NCBI GenBank assembly: GCA_963801165.1
Contig: CAWDDT010000005.1
Coordinates: forward strand, 384,001 to 448,000
Source: an uncultured bacterium
GTDB lineage: Bacteria; Actinomycetota; Acidimicrobiia; Spongiisociales; UBA5794
Reading direction: 5' to 3'
Length of the DNA: 64,000 nt
Shown here in pieces: positions 36,324-45,855 of the stretch. Under the pieces are notes generated by a model, which was not told the DNA's origin, searched no databases, and saw only the letters and a program-made list of their open reading frames with translations. How positions within the stretch are numbered: the first letter of the stretch is position 1; every line of letters starts with the position of its first letter. The position numbers were made by a program, and so were the translations under genes.

Positions 36324-37733
36324 ATGAAGCAACTCAAGTGGTTGCTGCTGGTAGTTGTGTTTGCCATGCTCGCTGCGGCGTGCGGCAACGACAGCTCTGG
36401 GGACACAACGACGGCAGCTCCATCGAATACAACTGCGGCGGCTACAACGACAACTGCAGGCAGTACAGAAACCACAATGGCCGAGACCACGACCACCGCA
36501 GGAATGGTCGATCTCACCGGCACCAAGGTGACGGTGTTTGGTCCCGAAGAGACCGCGGCTGAGGCAGGATCGCTGCAGGCGACCCTCGATCTCTTCGCCG
36601 CACAAACCGGCATAGAGATCGTCTACACCGGTGCTCGCGACGCGTCGGATCAGATCAACGCACAGGTAGCCGGCGGCAACCCGCCGGACATCTTCGTGTT
36701 CCCGCAGCCAGGCAAACTGGCCGACTTCGCCCGGCAGGGTGCTCTGTACCCGCTGCCTGACGATGTGCTGGCAACGGTCGCGGCAAACCAGAGTGATGCG
36801 TGGACTTCGTTCGGCAACGTCGACGGTGTCCAGTACGGCATCCCGACCAAGGCCGACCTCAAGTCGCTCGTCTGGTATCAGCCGGCGCGTTTCGCAGCCG
36901 CCGGCTACACGATCCCGCAGACGTGGGACGAGCTCAAGGCCCTCAGCAACCAGATGATCGCCGACGGCAACACGCCGTGGTGTGTCGGCATCGAGTCCGG
37001 CGCCGCCACCGGGTGGCCGTTCACGGACTGGGTCGAGGATCTGATGCTCCGTTACTACGGGCCCGATGTCTACGACCAGTGGGTCTCGCACGAAGTTCCG
37101 TTCTCGGACCAGCGCGTCATCGACGTGTTCAATCAGATCAGGGACCTCTGGGATACCCCCGGAGCGGTATATGCAGCAGGCGGTTCCATCGCTTCCACCG
37201 CTTTTGGTGACAACGGCGAGCCGCTCGTCAACGGCGACTGCTTCATGCACCGCCAGGCGTCGTTCTTCTCGGCCTTCTTCCCGGATGGGACCCCGGTCGC
37301 CGACGGTAGTGATGGCGCAGTTGACGTCTTCTACTTCCCGGCTGTTGATCCGAACACCCACCCGGTGCTTGGTGCCGGTACGTTGGTCGGTGCGTTCCGC
37401 GACGCTCCCGAGGTGTGGGCAGTGATGAACTACTTCGCCACCTCGGAGTACGGTCAGAACCGGCAGAAGCTGCAGGCACTCTCTAAGGGTGGCGGCGGCG
37501 CACTGTCCGGCTTCCTGTCGCCGGCAACGCAGCAGGACATGAGCGTGTACAACCCGCTCGAGCAGTCGTTCCTCGACATTCTGGCGAGTGCGGATGTTGT
37601 CCGATTCGACGGATCCGACCTGATGCCGACAGCCGTCGGCTCGGGCGCCTTCTGGACCGAAGGAACCAGCTTCATCAATGGCCAGGAGGACGCTGCAGCA
37701 GCAACCGCGGCCATCGATGCGGCGTGGCCGTAA
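36324..37733 (+). CDS. Sugar ABC transporter substrate-binding lipoprotein (AglE/GgtB alpha-glycoside-like)
   Basis: Lipobox LAAAC, Thr-rich linker, 'PQPG', 'KSLVWY', 'WCVGIESGAATGWP.TDWVED', 'RFDGSDLMP'. Confidence 0.9.
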   Translation: MKQLKWLLLVVVFAMLAAACGNDSSGDTTTAAPSNTTAAATTTTAGSTETTMAETTTTAGMVDLTGTKVTVFGPEETAAEAGSLQATLDLFAAQTGIEIVYTGARDASDQINAQVAGGNPPDIFVFPQPGKLADFARQGALYPLPDDVLATVAANQSDAWTSFGNVDGVQYGIPTKADLKSLVWYQPARFAAAGYTIPQTWDELKALSNQMIADGNTPWCVGIESGAATGWPFTDWVEDLMLRYYGPDVYDQWVSHEVPFSDQRVIDVFNQIRDLWDTPGAVYAAGGSIASTAFGDNGEPLVNGDCFMHRQASFFSAFFPDGTPVADGSDGAVDVFYFPAVDPNTHPVLGAGTLVGAFRDAPEVWAVMNYFATSEYGQNRQKLQALSKGGGGALSGFLSPATQQDMSVYNPLEQSFLDILASADVVRFDGSDLMPTAVGSGAFWTEGTSFINGQEDAAAATAAIDAAWP

Positions 37734-37762
37734 ACCGATATCGACCGAATAGTTGAGTAAAG

Positions 37763-37796
37763 GCAGGGCGCCGGCACGAAGGTGCCGGCGCCCTGC
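37763..37796 (+). terminator. Intra-operonic stem-loop after the binding-protein gene
   Basis: 15-bp perfect stem GCAGGGCGCCGGCAC with GAAG loop. Confidence 0.75.
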
Positions 37797-37895
37797 GACT
37801 TTCGAGGGTCCGTGCGGGAGAGAAACGGACCGGGCGGCGAGCCGGCGTGAGTCGAATCTTGCGTCTGTTGGTCACCCCCCGAGGATGGGAGGACG

Positions 37896-40004
37896 ATGGA
37901 TCGAGTATTCGCAACATTGATCAGCATCGTGGCCGCGGTCGGCGGTAGCGCGGGGCTGTTCGTCGGAGCCAACAAGCTCTTTGACCTGGCACGAAGCCGG
38001 TACCCGGTCTTTAGCTCCATGATTGGAGCGCTGCTCGGCTTCAGTACCGGGCTCTTGATGTGGGCCAACCGTGTTTCCATAGTGGGCCACGGGCCGCTGG
38101 TCGGTGCCCCGAACCCAACCGGGTTCGTCGCAGCCGTCGACTTCGTGGTGACGCTGGTTGCCAACACCATCGTGCCGACGCTCATCGGTCTGGCCGGGGG
38201 CTGGCTGTACGCCAGGGTGAGCGGGTCGGCCGTCACCTCGACCCAGTACCAGCTCGGTGACCGTGAGGCCGAAGATACGCCCACGACGATGTCGGACAGT
38301 GTCCGGAGGAATCGGTTGCTGGTGGCCATGGCCACCACCGGACTGCTGGGGCTGTGGTTTGCGCTCTTCTACGAGCTGGCCCTGGTGCCGGCGTTCGAGA
38401 TCGGCAAACTCATCATCTGGACGGTTATCGGGCTGGCCATTGCCGCGGCACTCTGGTACACGGGTAAGCGGAGATCGCCGCTCGGAGCCTCACTCGCCCT
38501 CGGCGGAGGCCTCGGTTGGCTCATCGGCACGATGGTCGCCCCCCAACTGGGGGACTTCAAACGGGTGCTGTCTATTGCCGGCATGGATCTAGACGGTGAC
38601 CAGATCTGGACAATTCTGGCGATGGTGATCGGCTTCGTTGCCGTCGGTGCATACATCGGCCTCAAGCCCGTCGCCAGATATCCAACGAGAGACAGAATCG
38701 CCCGGAATTCGCGCGTGTACATATTCCTCGGCCCGGCGCTGCTATTCATCTTCGCCTCGCTGATGCTGCCTGCGTTGCGCACCATCTGGCTGTCGTTCCT
38801 TGGTCCCGACGCGACGCTGCCGCCCACCGAGCGTGCCGCCGGTGGCGTTGACAAGCTTGTCGGGTTGACCAACTACAAGGACGTGTTCAGCGACCCGAAC
38901 AACTGGAATCTGAGCAACTGGTCCGACATCTTTGGCAGTACGCTGTTCTGGGGCGCGATCATCCTGATCGTAGGCGGGGTCATAGCCGGTATCGTGCTGG
39001 GTCGGCAGCGCGGGATGTCGTTCGAGAAATCAGGCGGCTCGCTGGCCCCGATCTCAATCGGTGCGTTCCTGCTGCTCACCTCCCTGTTCGCCGCATTGCG
39101 GGGAACCGTGTTCAACAACCTGTGGTGGGTGGTTGCGGTCACCACCCTGGCAAGCGTGTTCGGTTTGGCAGTCGCCGTGCTGGCGGACAGGGCCAAAATG
39201 GAGAACATCGCCAAATCGCTGATCTTCATGCCGATGGCGATCTCGTTTGTCGGCGCCGGCATCATATGGCGGTTCGTCTACAACGCCAGGGAAGTTCGTC
39301 AGGATCAGACGGGTGTGCTGAATGCCATCTGGGTCGCTCTTGGCCAGCTGTCAAACAGCGGTTGGCCCAAGGTCCTAGCGGCATTGCTGCTTGCAGCCGT
39401 CATCGCAGGCCTGGGTTACATGAGCTGGCGGGGTTATAAGGCAGGGGCGACCGGGCTTTTCGCCGGCTCGCTGGTAACGGCGCTGCCGTTCCTGTACATC
39501 CTGGTACGGCTCCTCACCAACGGTATCGGCGGGTTCTCGGTAGCCGACGACGGCACGATACTCAAAGAGACGATCCTCGTTCGTGAGTCCAGCCCGTACA
39601 ACAACCTGTTCCTGATGGTGGTCCTGATCTGGATCCAGACCGGATTCACGATGGTCATCTTCTCGGCAGCGATCAAGGCGGTCCCCTCTGATCTGATCGA
39701 AGCGTCGAAGGTTGACGGCGCTACCGAGTCGCAGACGTTCTGGCGGGTCACCATCCCGCAGATCGCACCGACGATCGGCGTGGTGATAACAACGCTGATC
39801 GTGTTGGTGATGAAGGTCTTCGACATCGTCAAGGTCATGACAAACGGGAACTTCGACACCCAGGTACTAGCCAACGCCATGTTCACAACCGCCTTCACGA
39901 ACTTCAACTTCGGTAAAGGTTCGGCGCTGGCGGTGCTGATCCTCCTATCGGTGCTCCCGGTGATGATCTTGAACATACGCCGCATGCAGAAGGAGGCCCG
40001 CTGA
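37896..40004 (+). CDS. Sugar ABC transporter permease with long N-terminal membrane extension
   Basis: 'FLGPAL', 'KSLIFMPMAISFVGA', EAA loop 'IEASKVDGA', 'KVFDIV'. Confidence 0.9.
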   Translation: MDRVFATLISIVAAVGGSAGLFVGANKLFDLARSRYPVFSSMIGALLGFSTGLLMWANRVSIVGHGPLVGAPNPTGFVAAVDFVVTLVANTIVPTLIGLAGGWLYARVSGSAVTSTQYQLGDREAEDTPTTMSDSVRRNRLLVAMATTGLLGLWFALFYELALVPAFEIGKLIIWTVIGLAIAAALWYTGKRRSPLGASLALGGGLGWLIGTMVAPQLGDFKRVLSIAGMDLDGDQIWTILAMVIGFVAVGAYIGLKPVARYPTRDRIARNSRVYIFLGPALLFIFASLMLPALRTIWLSFLGPDATLPPTERAAGGVDKLVGLTNYKDVFSDPNNWNLSNWSDIFGSTLFWGAIILIVGGVIAGIVLGRQRGMSFEKSGGSLAPISIGAFLLLTSLFAALRGTVFNNLWWVVAVTTLASVFGLAVAVLADRAKMENIAKSLIFMPMAISFVGAGIIWRFVYNAREVRQDQTGVLNAIWVALGQLSNSGWPKVLAALLLAAVIAGLGYMSWRGYKAGATGLFAGSLVTALPFLYILVRLLTNGIGGFSVADDGTILKETILVRESSPYNNLFLMVVLIWIQTGFTMVIFSAAIKAVPSDLIEASKVDGATESQTFWRVTIPQIAPTIGVVITTLIVLVMKVFDIVKVMTNGNFDTQVLANAMFTTAFTNFNFGKGSALAVLILLSVLPVMILNIRRMQKEAR

Positions 40005-40975
40005 TGACCGCAGTCGACGGACGCGCCATGGCCGAGAGGGCGGCAAGCTCCGAGGGTGGCGTCGGGAAACGGATCTACCGCTTCCTGAAGGCAATCCCCA
40101 CGTGGGTCCTTTGGATGCTGGTCATCCTGTGGACCATCCCCAGCTTGGGCCTGCTTGTCAACAGCTTCAGGCCCCGCGACGCCCAAAGGGCGACCGGCTG
40201 GTGGACCACGTTCACCGGCCACGGCGGCGGGTTGACCCTGGCCAACTACAAGGAGGTGCTGAGCGCAGGAGCGACGGGTGGTCTTGGGCAAGCGTTGCTC
40301 AACTCGATGGCGATCGCGATCCCTGCGACCATCATCCCGATTGCAGTAGCGGCCTTCGCCGCATACGCATTCGCCTGGATCGACTTCCGGGGGCGGGAGT
40401 GGCTGTTCATCGCAACGGTCGCCTTGATGTCGATCCCGCTCCAGGTGGCGCTGATCCCGCTGCTCACCACCTACTCGGGCGGTGCGCACTGGACAATCCC
40501 GCTGCTTCACCGAACGCTGACGTTCTTCCCCGACTTCTCCTTATCGGGGACGGTGACGGCAGTGTGGTTGACGCACACCGGATTCGCCTTACCGTTCGCC
40601 ATCTTCCTGCTGCACAACTACATATCCGGCCTACCGGCAGATGTGTTCGAGTCGGCGCGGATCGATGGCGCTGATCACTACAGGATCTTCTGGAGTCTCG
40701 TAGTCCCGCTGTCGGTTCCCGTGCTTGCGGCGTTTGCGATCTTCCAGTTCCTCTGGACTTGGAACGACTACCTGATCGCCTTGACGATGATCGGAGGTAA
40801 TGGCCCAGCCTTCCCGATAACGGTCAAGATCGCCTCGCAGGCGGGCTCGTTCGGTCAGAACGAGCACTTGCTGACGGCGGGTGCGTTCGTCTCGACCGTG
40901 GTACCGCTGGTGGTGTTCTTCTCGCTGCAGCGATACTTCGTCAGAGGGATCCTGGCCGGGTCGGTCAAGGGATAG
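40004..40975 (+). CDS. Sugar ABC transporter permease
   Basis: 'ESARIDGA', 'QFLWTWND', 'LQRYFVRG.LAGSVKG'. Confidence 0.93.
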   Translation: MTAVDGRAMAERAASSEGGVGKRIYRFLKAIPTWVLWMLVILWTIPSLGLLVNSFRPRDAQRATGWWTTFTGHGGGLTLANYKEVLSAGATGGLGQALLNSMAIAIPATIIPIAVAAFAAYAFAWIDFRGREWLFIATVALMSIPLQVALIPLLTTYSGGAHWTIPLLHRTLTFFPDFSLSGTVTAVWLTHTGFALPFAIFLLHNYISGLPADVFESARIDGADHYRIFWSLVVPLSVPVLAAFAIFQFLWTWNDYLIALTMIGGNGPAFPITVKIASQAGSFGQNEHLLTAGAFVSTVVPLVVFFSLQRYFVRGILAGSVKG

Positions 40976-40993
40976 AGAAGTTCGAGTCTATGC

Positions 40994-41023
40994 AGAAGGG
41001 CCCCGGGAACCCGGGGCCCTTCT
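40994..41023. terminator. Rho-independent terminator
   Basis: AGAAGGGCCCCGG...CCGGGGCCCTTCT followed by a T-rich stretch; between convergent genes. Confidence 0.8.
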
Positions 41024-41082
41024 CGTTTTGTGACTCGAGGAGCCGCTGCCGCCGTATGCGGCCGCGGCGGGCACGTGAGGGA

Positions 41083-41991
41083 CTACTGCTCCATAGCCTC
41101 GTCGGCGAGGAAATCGTCTGTGACTATCCCGTCACCGGGTAGCCCACCTGACATCTGGCGCATCTCATGCAAGATGTCGGCGGAATCCACCGGCATGTGA
41201 TAGGTCTCGTCGTCTCCGGGGAAAGTCCCACCGCGGATGTCTGCGATGAACTCCTCGAGGGCGGCAACGGCCGTATCGGCGAGATGGGCGTACTGGCGGA
41301 CGAACTTTGCGGTAGGGCGACCGTGTAACCCGAGCACGTCGTGAAACACGAGCACCTGCCCGTCACAAGCAGCACCCGCACCGATCCCGATCGTAGGAAC
41401 CGCGATCTCATCGGTCACGATCTCAGCGACGACGTCCGGCACCCCTTCGAGCACGATGGCGAACACGCCGGCATCGGCCAGCAGCTTCGCCTCGGTCACG
41501 AGCTCATATGCGGCGGCCGCTCGCTTGCCCTGAACCCGGTAGCCACCCATGGCATTGACCGACTGCGGGGTGAGCCCGAGATGACCCATTACGGGGATCT
41601 CGGCGTCGAGAACAGCCTTGATGACATCGAGACGTTTCCGCCCGCCTTCCAGCTTGACGGCTTCGGCGCCCTCACGCACCAGCCGACCGGCGTTGTGCAC
41701 AGCCTCTTTTCCGTTGGTGTGGTAGCTGAGCCACGGCATGTCGCCGACGACCAGCGCATTGGGATTTGCCGAGGTGACCGCCTTGGTGTGGTAGGCCATC
41801 TCGTCGATGGTCATCGCCAGGGTGTCCGAGCGGCCGAGCACGACGTTGGCCACCGAATCTCCGACGAGGATGATGTCTACTCCGGCACGGTCGGCGATGC
41901 GTGCCGTCGGCTCGTCGTAGGCGGTGAGCATCGTGATCTTCTCGCCACCCTTACGACCGCGGATGGCGGGTACGGTGATCTTTCCTGTCAT
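41083..41991 (-). CDS. panB: 3-methyl-2-oxobutanoate hydroxymethyltransferase
   Basis: 'MLTAYD', 'LVGDS', 'KLEGG', 'GHLGLTPQ', 'IGIGAG..CDGQVLV'. Confidence 0.97.
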   Translation of the reverse strand: MTGKITVPAIRGRKGGEKITMLTAYDEPTARIADRAGVDIILVGDSVANVVLGRSDTLAMTIDEMAYHTKAVTSANPNALVVGDMPWLSYHTNGKEAVHNAGRLVREGAEAVKLEGGRKRLDVIKAVLDAEIPVMGHLGLTPQSVNAMGGYRVQGKRAAAAYELVTEAKLLADAGVFAIVLEGVPDVVAEIVTDEIAVPTIGIGAGAACDGQVLVFHDVLGLHGRPTAKFVRQYAHLADTAVAALEEFIADIRGGTFPGDDETYHMPVDSADILHEMRQMSGGLPGDGIVTDDFLADEAMEQ

Positions 41992-42159
41992 AGCAGTTCC
42001 CTTTCTCCCCACTGATCCCAGTTGGGGGACGGACCGGTTGTCGAGTGTCCTCCGCGTCCGCGGTATCGGCCGCCTTCGGGTCGCCCGTACCTACGCGGAT
42101 GTCGGCTCCTCTGCGGGAACGATACCCGGCCGGTTTGGTTCCGGCACTATGTTTCTCCC

Positions 42160-42636
42160 ATGGCACGCAAAGACGTAACTATGACCGCCGAGGAAGTCCA
42201 GAGGTTCCTCACCGACAACCAGATTCTCGAAGTGGCGACGATTGGCGGCGACGGTTGGCCCCACCTCGCCCCGATGTGGTACGTGATGGACGGGGAACAC
42301 GTGGTGTTCCGCTCCTTCACCAAGTCGCAGAAGATCGTCAACCTGCACCGGAACCCCAGGCTCAGCGTGCTGGTGGAGACCGGCAACGAGTACTCGCAGC
42401 TGCGCGGCGTGATGATCAAGGGCACCGCAAACCTGATCACAGACCCGGAGTACGTGTTGTCCATCTACGGCCGGCTGGCGGCCAAGTACCCGATGATCAA
42501 CGACACGCCGATGGACCTCGACCCGGAGGCTCTGCAGACCGCATTCGGCCGGTTCGCCGCCAAGAACACGGCCGTCCTGGTCGAGCCGGTTAGGACCATC
42601 ACCTGGGACCACACCAAGCTGGGTGGCGACTATTAG
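42160..42636 (+). CDS. Pyridoxamine 5'-phosphate oxidase-like (PPOX class, possibly F420-dependent)
   Basis: 'ATIG.DG.PH..PMWY', 'KSQKIVNL.RNP', 'LRGV', 'WDH.KL'. Confidence 0.85.
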   Translation: MARKDVTMTAEEVQRFLTDNQILEVATIGGDGWPHLAPMWYVMDGEHVVFRSFTKSQKIVNLHRNPRLSVLVETGNEYSQLRGVMIKGTANLITDPEYVLSIYGRLAAKYPMINDTPMDLDPEALQTAFGRFAAKNTAVLVEPVRTITWDHTKLGGDY

Positions 42637-42668
42637 GGACGGCCGCTGGAACATGACATACTTGCCAC

Positions 42669-43838
42669 ATGTTCGGTGTGATCATCGTCATTGCCGTCAT
42701 CGGCCTGATCGTGGCGGCCGCCAATCAGCAGCATAAGCGGATCGCGTCATCCTGGGGGGAGGTGGCCCGCCGGCTGGGGATCCAGATGGAGTCAGGGTCG
42801 TGGTTCTCGAACCCCAAGCTGACCGGCACCCTCAACGGCATCCCGCTCTACGTCGACAGCTACAGCCGCCGCCACAACAACAGCTCGACCACCTACACGC
42901 GGTACCAGGTCCGCTACCCCACCCCCGGATTCGACTTCACATTGCGGCGGGAAGGGGGCCTCACCAAGATCGGCAAGCTCTTCGGAATCAGAGACGCAGA
43001 GGTCGGTGACCCTGCGTTCGACGGGGCGTTCAAGATCAAGACCGACGATCAAACCCGGATCCAGCAATACCTGACACCTTCTGTGCGCGCCGGTCTGTTC
43101 CGTCTCATGGCGTCGTTCCCGACGGTTGTTATCTCGGCGGGACACATCGGGTTGGAGCAGGCTCGCCTCGAGAAGAACCCGGACAGGCTCGAGTCAGTCA
43201 TCAGGCGTCTAGTGGGAACCGCTCAACTTCTCGCATCTCCGGACGGTGGCGTCAGCGACCAGGACGTCACCGACCGCCAACACGGCATGCTCGACGACGT
43301 CGCCGGCAGCGTGCGCAAATCCGTAGAGCAGAACCCTGAGGACGTCGACCAACGCCTCTTCGAGATCGAGACGCTTGCCGCGGCGGGACGGGACGAGCAG
43401 GCGGGACGGCGTCTCGAGGAGCTAGAGAAGATGGCTCCCGCCGACCCCGATGTGGTGGGCTGGAAAAAGACGCTCGAGACCCCGAGCAGGCAGCCGGTCG
43501 CCAGAGAGGTCAACCTCGACGAGATGGCGGCCGACCTCTTCGGAGGCAGCGATCTGAGCTTCGAGACCAGGACCAAGTTCAACGATCAGTACGCCGGAGC
43601 AACCGTCAGTTGGCAAGGGACGGTGAAAGAAGTTCGGGAATCCCCAACCGGCGCCAGGGTGACCGTGACGGTGGCCAACGTCGACAACGATCTATACGGC
43701 AACACCGACATCGACGTCGTCGTCGACGCCACAACGCCGCCACCGGCCAAAGGGGCGACGGTAACCGTCTCCGGCATGCTCGACCGCATCGACCCGCTGA
43801 TGCGCAACCTGTATCTGGCGGCAGCCAGGGTCAGCTAG
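42669..43838 (+). CDS. Hypothetical membrane-anchored protein
   Basis: N-terminal TM helix; 'GDPAFD..F' motif; long ORF. Confidence 0.7.
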   Translation: MFGVIIVIAVIGLIVAAANQQHKRIASSWGEVARRLGIQMESGSWFSNPKLTGTLNGIPLYVDSYSRRHNNSSTTYTRYQVRYPTPGFDFTLRREGGLTKIGKLFGIRDAEVGDPAFDGAFKIKTDDQTRIQQYLTPSVRAGLFRLMASFPTVVISAGHIGLEQARLEKNPDRLESVIRRLVGTAQLLASPDGGVSDQDVTDRQHGMLDDVAGSVRKSVEQNPEDVDQRLFEIETLAAAGRDEQAGRRLEELEKMAPADPDVVGWKKTLETPSRQPVAREVNLDEMAADLFGGSDLSFETRTKFNDQYAGATVSWQGTVKEVRESPTGARVTVTVANVDNDLYGNTDIDVVVDATTPPPAKGATVTVSGMLDRIDPLMRNLYLAAARVS

Positions 43839-43858
43839 TGCCCTGGCCAGGGCACTAG
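43835..43858. repeat. 24-bp perfect palindrome flanked by CTAG
   Basis: CTAGTGCCCTGGCCAGGGCACTAG between convergent genes. Confidence 0.8.
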
Positions 43859-43869
43859 GGAGCGTCTCG

Positions 43870-45108
43870 CTAGACCCTCCGCCGCAGAAGGATCTCGACG
43901 CGTCTGATCCTGCGTCCGCTCATCGCAGTTACCTTGAACCGAAGGTGTCCGGCGTCTACCTCCGTGCCTACTGCCGGCAGGTCGCCGGCGATGCCCATCA
44001 CCATGCCACCTACGGTGGTCCAGTCCCCTGCGGGGAGCCGAACACCGATCGCACCCTCCAGGTCCTCGGTGAGCATGCCCCCGTCGGCAACCCACCTGTC
44101 TTGTCCCACTTTGCGCAACGGCGGCACCAGCGCGATCTTCTCCTCGCTGACGGCACCGAAGATCTCCTCGACGATGTCCTCGATCGTGACCATGCCAGAG
44201 GTGCCGCCGTGCTCGTCGATGACGATGGCGACGTGTGTCCCTTCGCTCTGCATCTCCCTGAGCAGCTCGAGGACACGCTTGTTCTCGGCGACGAGCAGCG
44301 GCTGATACGCGACATCGCTCACCTCGGTCTCGATGTTGACCACGAGATCGCGCTGGCGCACGACGCCGACGATGTTGTCGATTGTCCCGTCGTATACCGG
44401 GAGCCGCCGGTGGCCGCTACGGAGACCGATGTCGAGAGCCTCGGCCGCGGTTGCCGATACGGGTACGGCGACTATGTCGACGCGGGGAACCATGACCTCG
44501 TCGGCGACCCGGTCGCCCAACCGGAAGACCCCTTCGATGAGGTCCAGGTCGGCGTCGGTGATCTCGCCTTCGGTGGCGGCGGCCGCGGCCAGGCTGCGCA
44601 GCTCGCGCTCGGTCACGGTAGGAGCCGTCGCGATGCCCCGACCGGGGGCGTGCAGATCCGCAAACTTCACCAGGACGGTGACTATCGGTCTCAGCAGCGT
44701 CGTGAGCCAGCCGATGGGGAACGCGAGAGCCATCACGACGCGGGCGGCGGCCCGGTAGGCAAATGTCTTCGGGATTGCCTCCGTGTAGACAAAAAGGAAG
44801 AGGGTGAGGGCAAACGACGCGATGGTGACCCCTCCATTGCCGAACCATCGGTCCGCGAGGATGCCTGTGACGGTCGCCGCCCCGATCTGGACCAGCAGCA
44901 CCGAGAGCAGGATCGTGTTGAGTACGCGGGGCAGATCATCGAGTAGCCGGAGGGTTCGCCTACCACGCCGGCTTCCTTCGTCCGCGATGGCGGCGATACG
45001 AACACGGGATACCCGCACCAGCGCGGTCTCGGCGGCCGCGAGAAAGACGGCGATCAGCACAAGGGCCACGAACAGGATGATCAGGCTGCCGTCGCGATTC
45101 CACTCCAT
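43870..45108 (-). CDS. Hemolysin/CNNM family (DUF21-CBS-CorC) metal transporter
   Basis: 'AAETAL', 'E.IPKT', 'VMVPRVDI', 'DEHGGTSG.VT.EDIVEEI'. Confidence 0.92.
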   Translation of the reverse strand: MEWNRDGSLIILFVALVLIAVFLAAAETALVRVSRVRIAAIADEGSRRGRRTLRLLDDLPRVLNTILLSVLLVQIGAATVTGILADRWFGNGGVTIASFALTLFLFVYTEAIPKTFAYRAAARVVMALAFPIGWLTTLLRPIVTVLVKFADLHAPGRGIATAPTVTERELRSLAAAAATEGEITDADLDLIEGVFRLGDRVADEVMVPRVDIVAVPVSATAAEALDIGLRSGHRRLPVYDGTIDNIVGVVRQRDLVVNIETEVSDVAYQPLLVAENKRVLELLREMQSEGTHVAIVIDEHGGTSGMVTIEDIVEEIFGAVSEEKIALVPPLRKVGQDRWVADGGMLTEDLEGAIGVRLPAGDWTTVGGMVMGIAGDLPAVGTEVDAGHLRFKVTAMSGRRIRRVEILLRRRV

Positions 45109-45141
45109 GCGGCAAGTCTGGCACAGGCGAAGCGCCGTGCC

Positions 45142-45744
45142 TCACCCCGCGGTCGAGACGGGCACCCACCCGACCTGACGAAGCCAACGTTCCGTGTGTT
45201 GCCGCACGTAGTCGGGAGGTATCGGCTCGCCGAGCACGACGCGCTTGTAAAAGATCGCACCCGCCAGCTCGGCGACGGAGTCGCTTGCGTCGATATCGGC
45301 GGGCAGCTCGCCACGACTCTTGCCCCTCTCGATCAACTGCACGAGATGATTGCGTCGCGCCTTGGTTGCTTCGAAGTGCAATCGGCTCATGGCCGCGTTG
45401 CGGTGGGCCGCGCTCAGCATGGAGAGGGCGATGGTGACGACATCGTCGTTGCTGAACCACTCGACCAACTGACCGAGGAAGCACTCGATGTCGCCCTGCA
45501 CGGAACCGGTGTCGATATCGGGATCGAGAACGAGACGGCTCTTGACCGCCTCGACAATGAGGTGCTGCTTATCGGGCCAGTGGCGGTAGATGGTCGATCG
45601 AGCCACCCCGCAACGATCACTGACACCCTCGATGGTGGTTTTGTCGTACCCTCGCTCGGCGACCAGGTCGGCCGTCGCGCCGAGCACGAGGCGGCGTGTA
45701 CGCTCAATCCTGGGATCGCATTCGTTTTCGATCTCGTCGGTCAT
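45142..45744 (-). CDS. TetR-family regulator
   Basis: 'DPRIERTR', 'GVARSTIYRHWP'; divergent from the MFS exporter. Confidence 0.92.
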   Translation of the reverse strand: MTDEIENECDPRIERTRRLVLGATADLVAERGYDKTTIEGVSDRCGVARSTIYRHWPDKQHLIVEAVKSRLVLDPDIDTGSVQGDIECFLGQLVEWFSNDDVVTIALSMLSAAHRNAAMSRLHFEATKARRNHLVQLIERGKSRGELPADIDASDSVAELAGAIFYKRVVLGEPIPPDYVRQHTERWLRQVGWVPVSTAG

Positions 45745-45790
45745 GGCGCACCCATTCTATCAAACAAACCTGTAGCGCTCCACTACAAGT

Positions 45791-45830
45791 GTGTTGCATA
45801 GTAGGTCAGATGTGTTCTATAGTGCAACAC
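45791..45830. promoter_or_regulatory. Putative TetR operator region
   Basis: GTGTTGCA...TGCAACAC inverted repeat in an AT-rich divergent promoter. Confidence 0.5.
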
Positions 45831-45855
45831 CGCTGTCCTACAGAGGAGACCGCCG

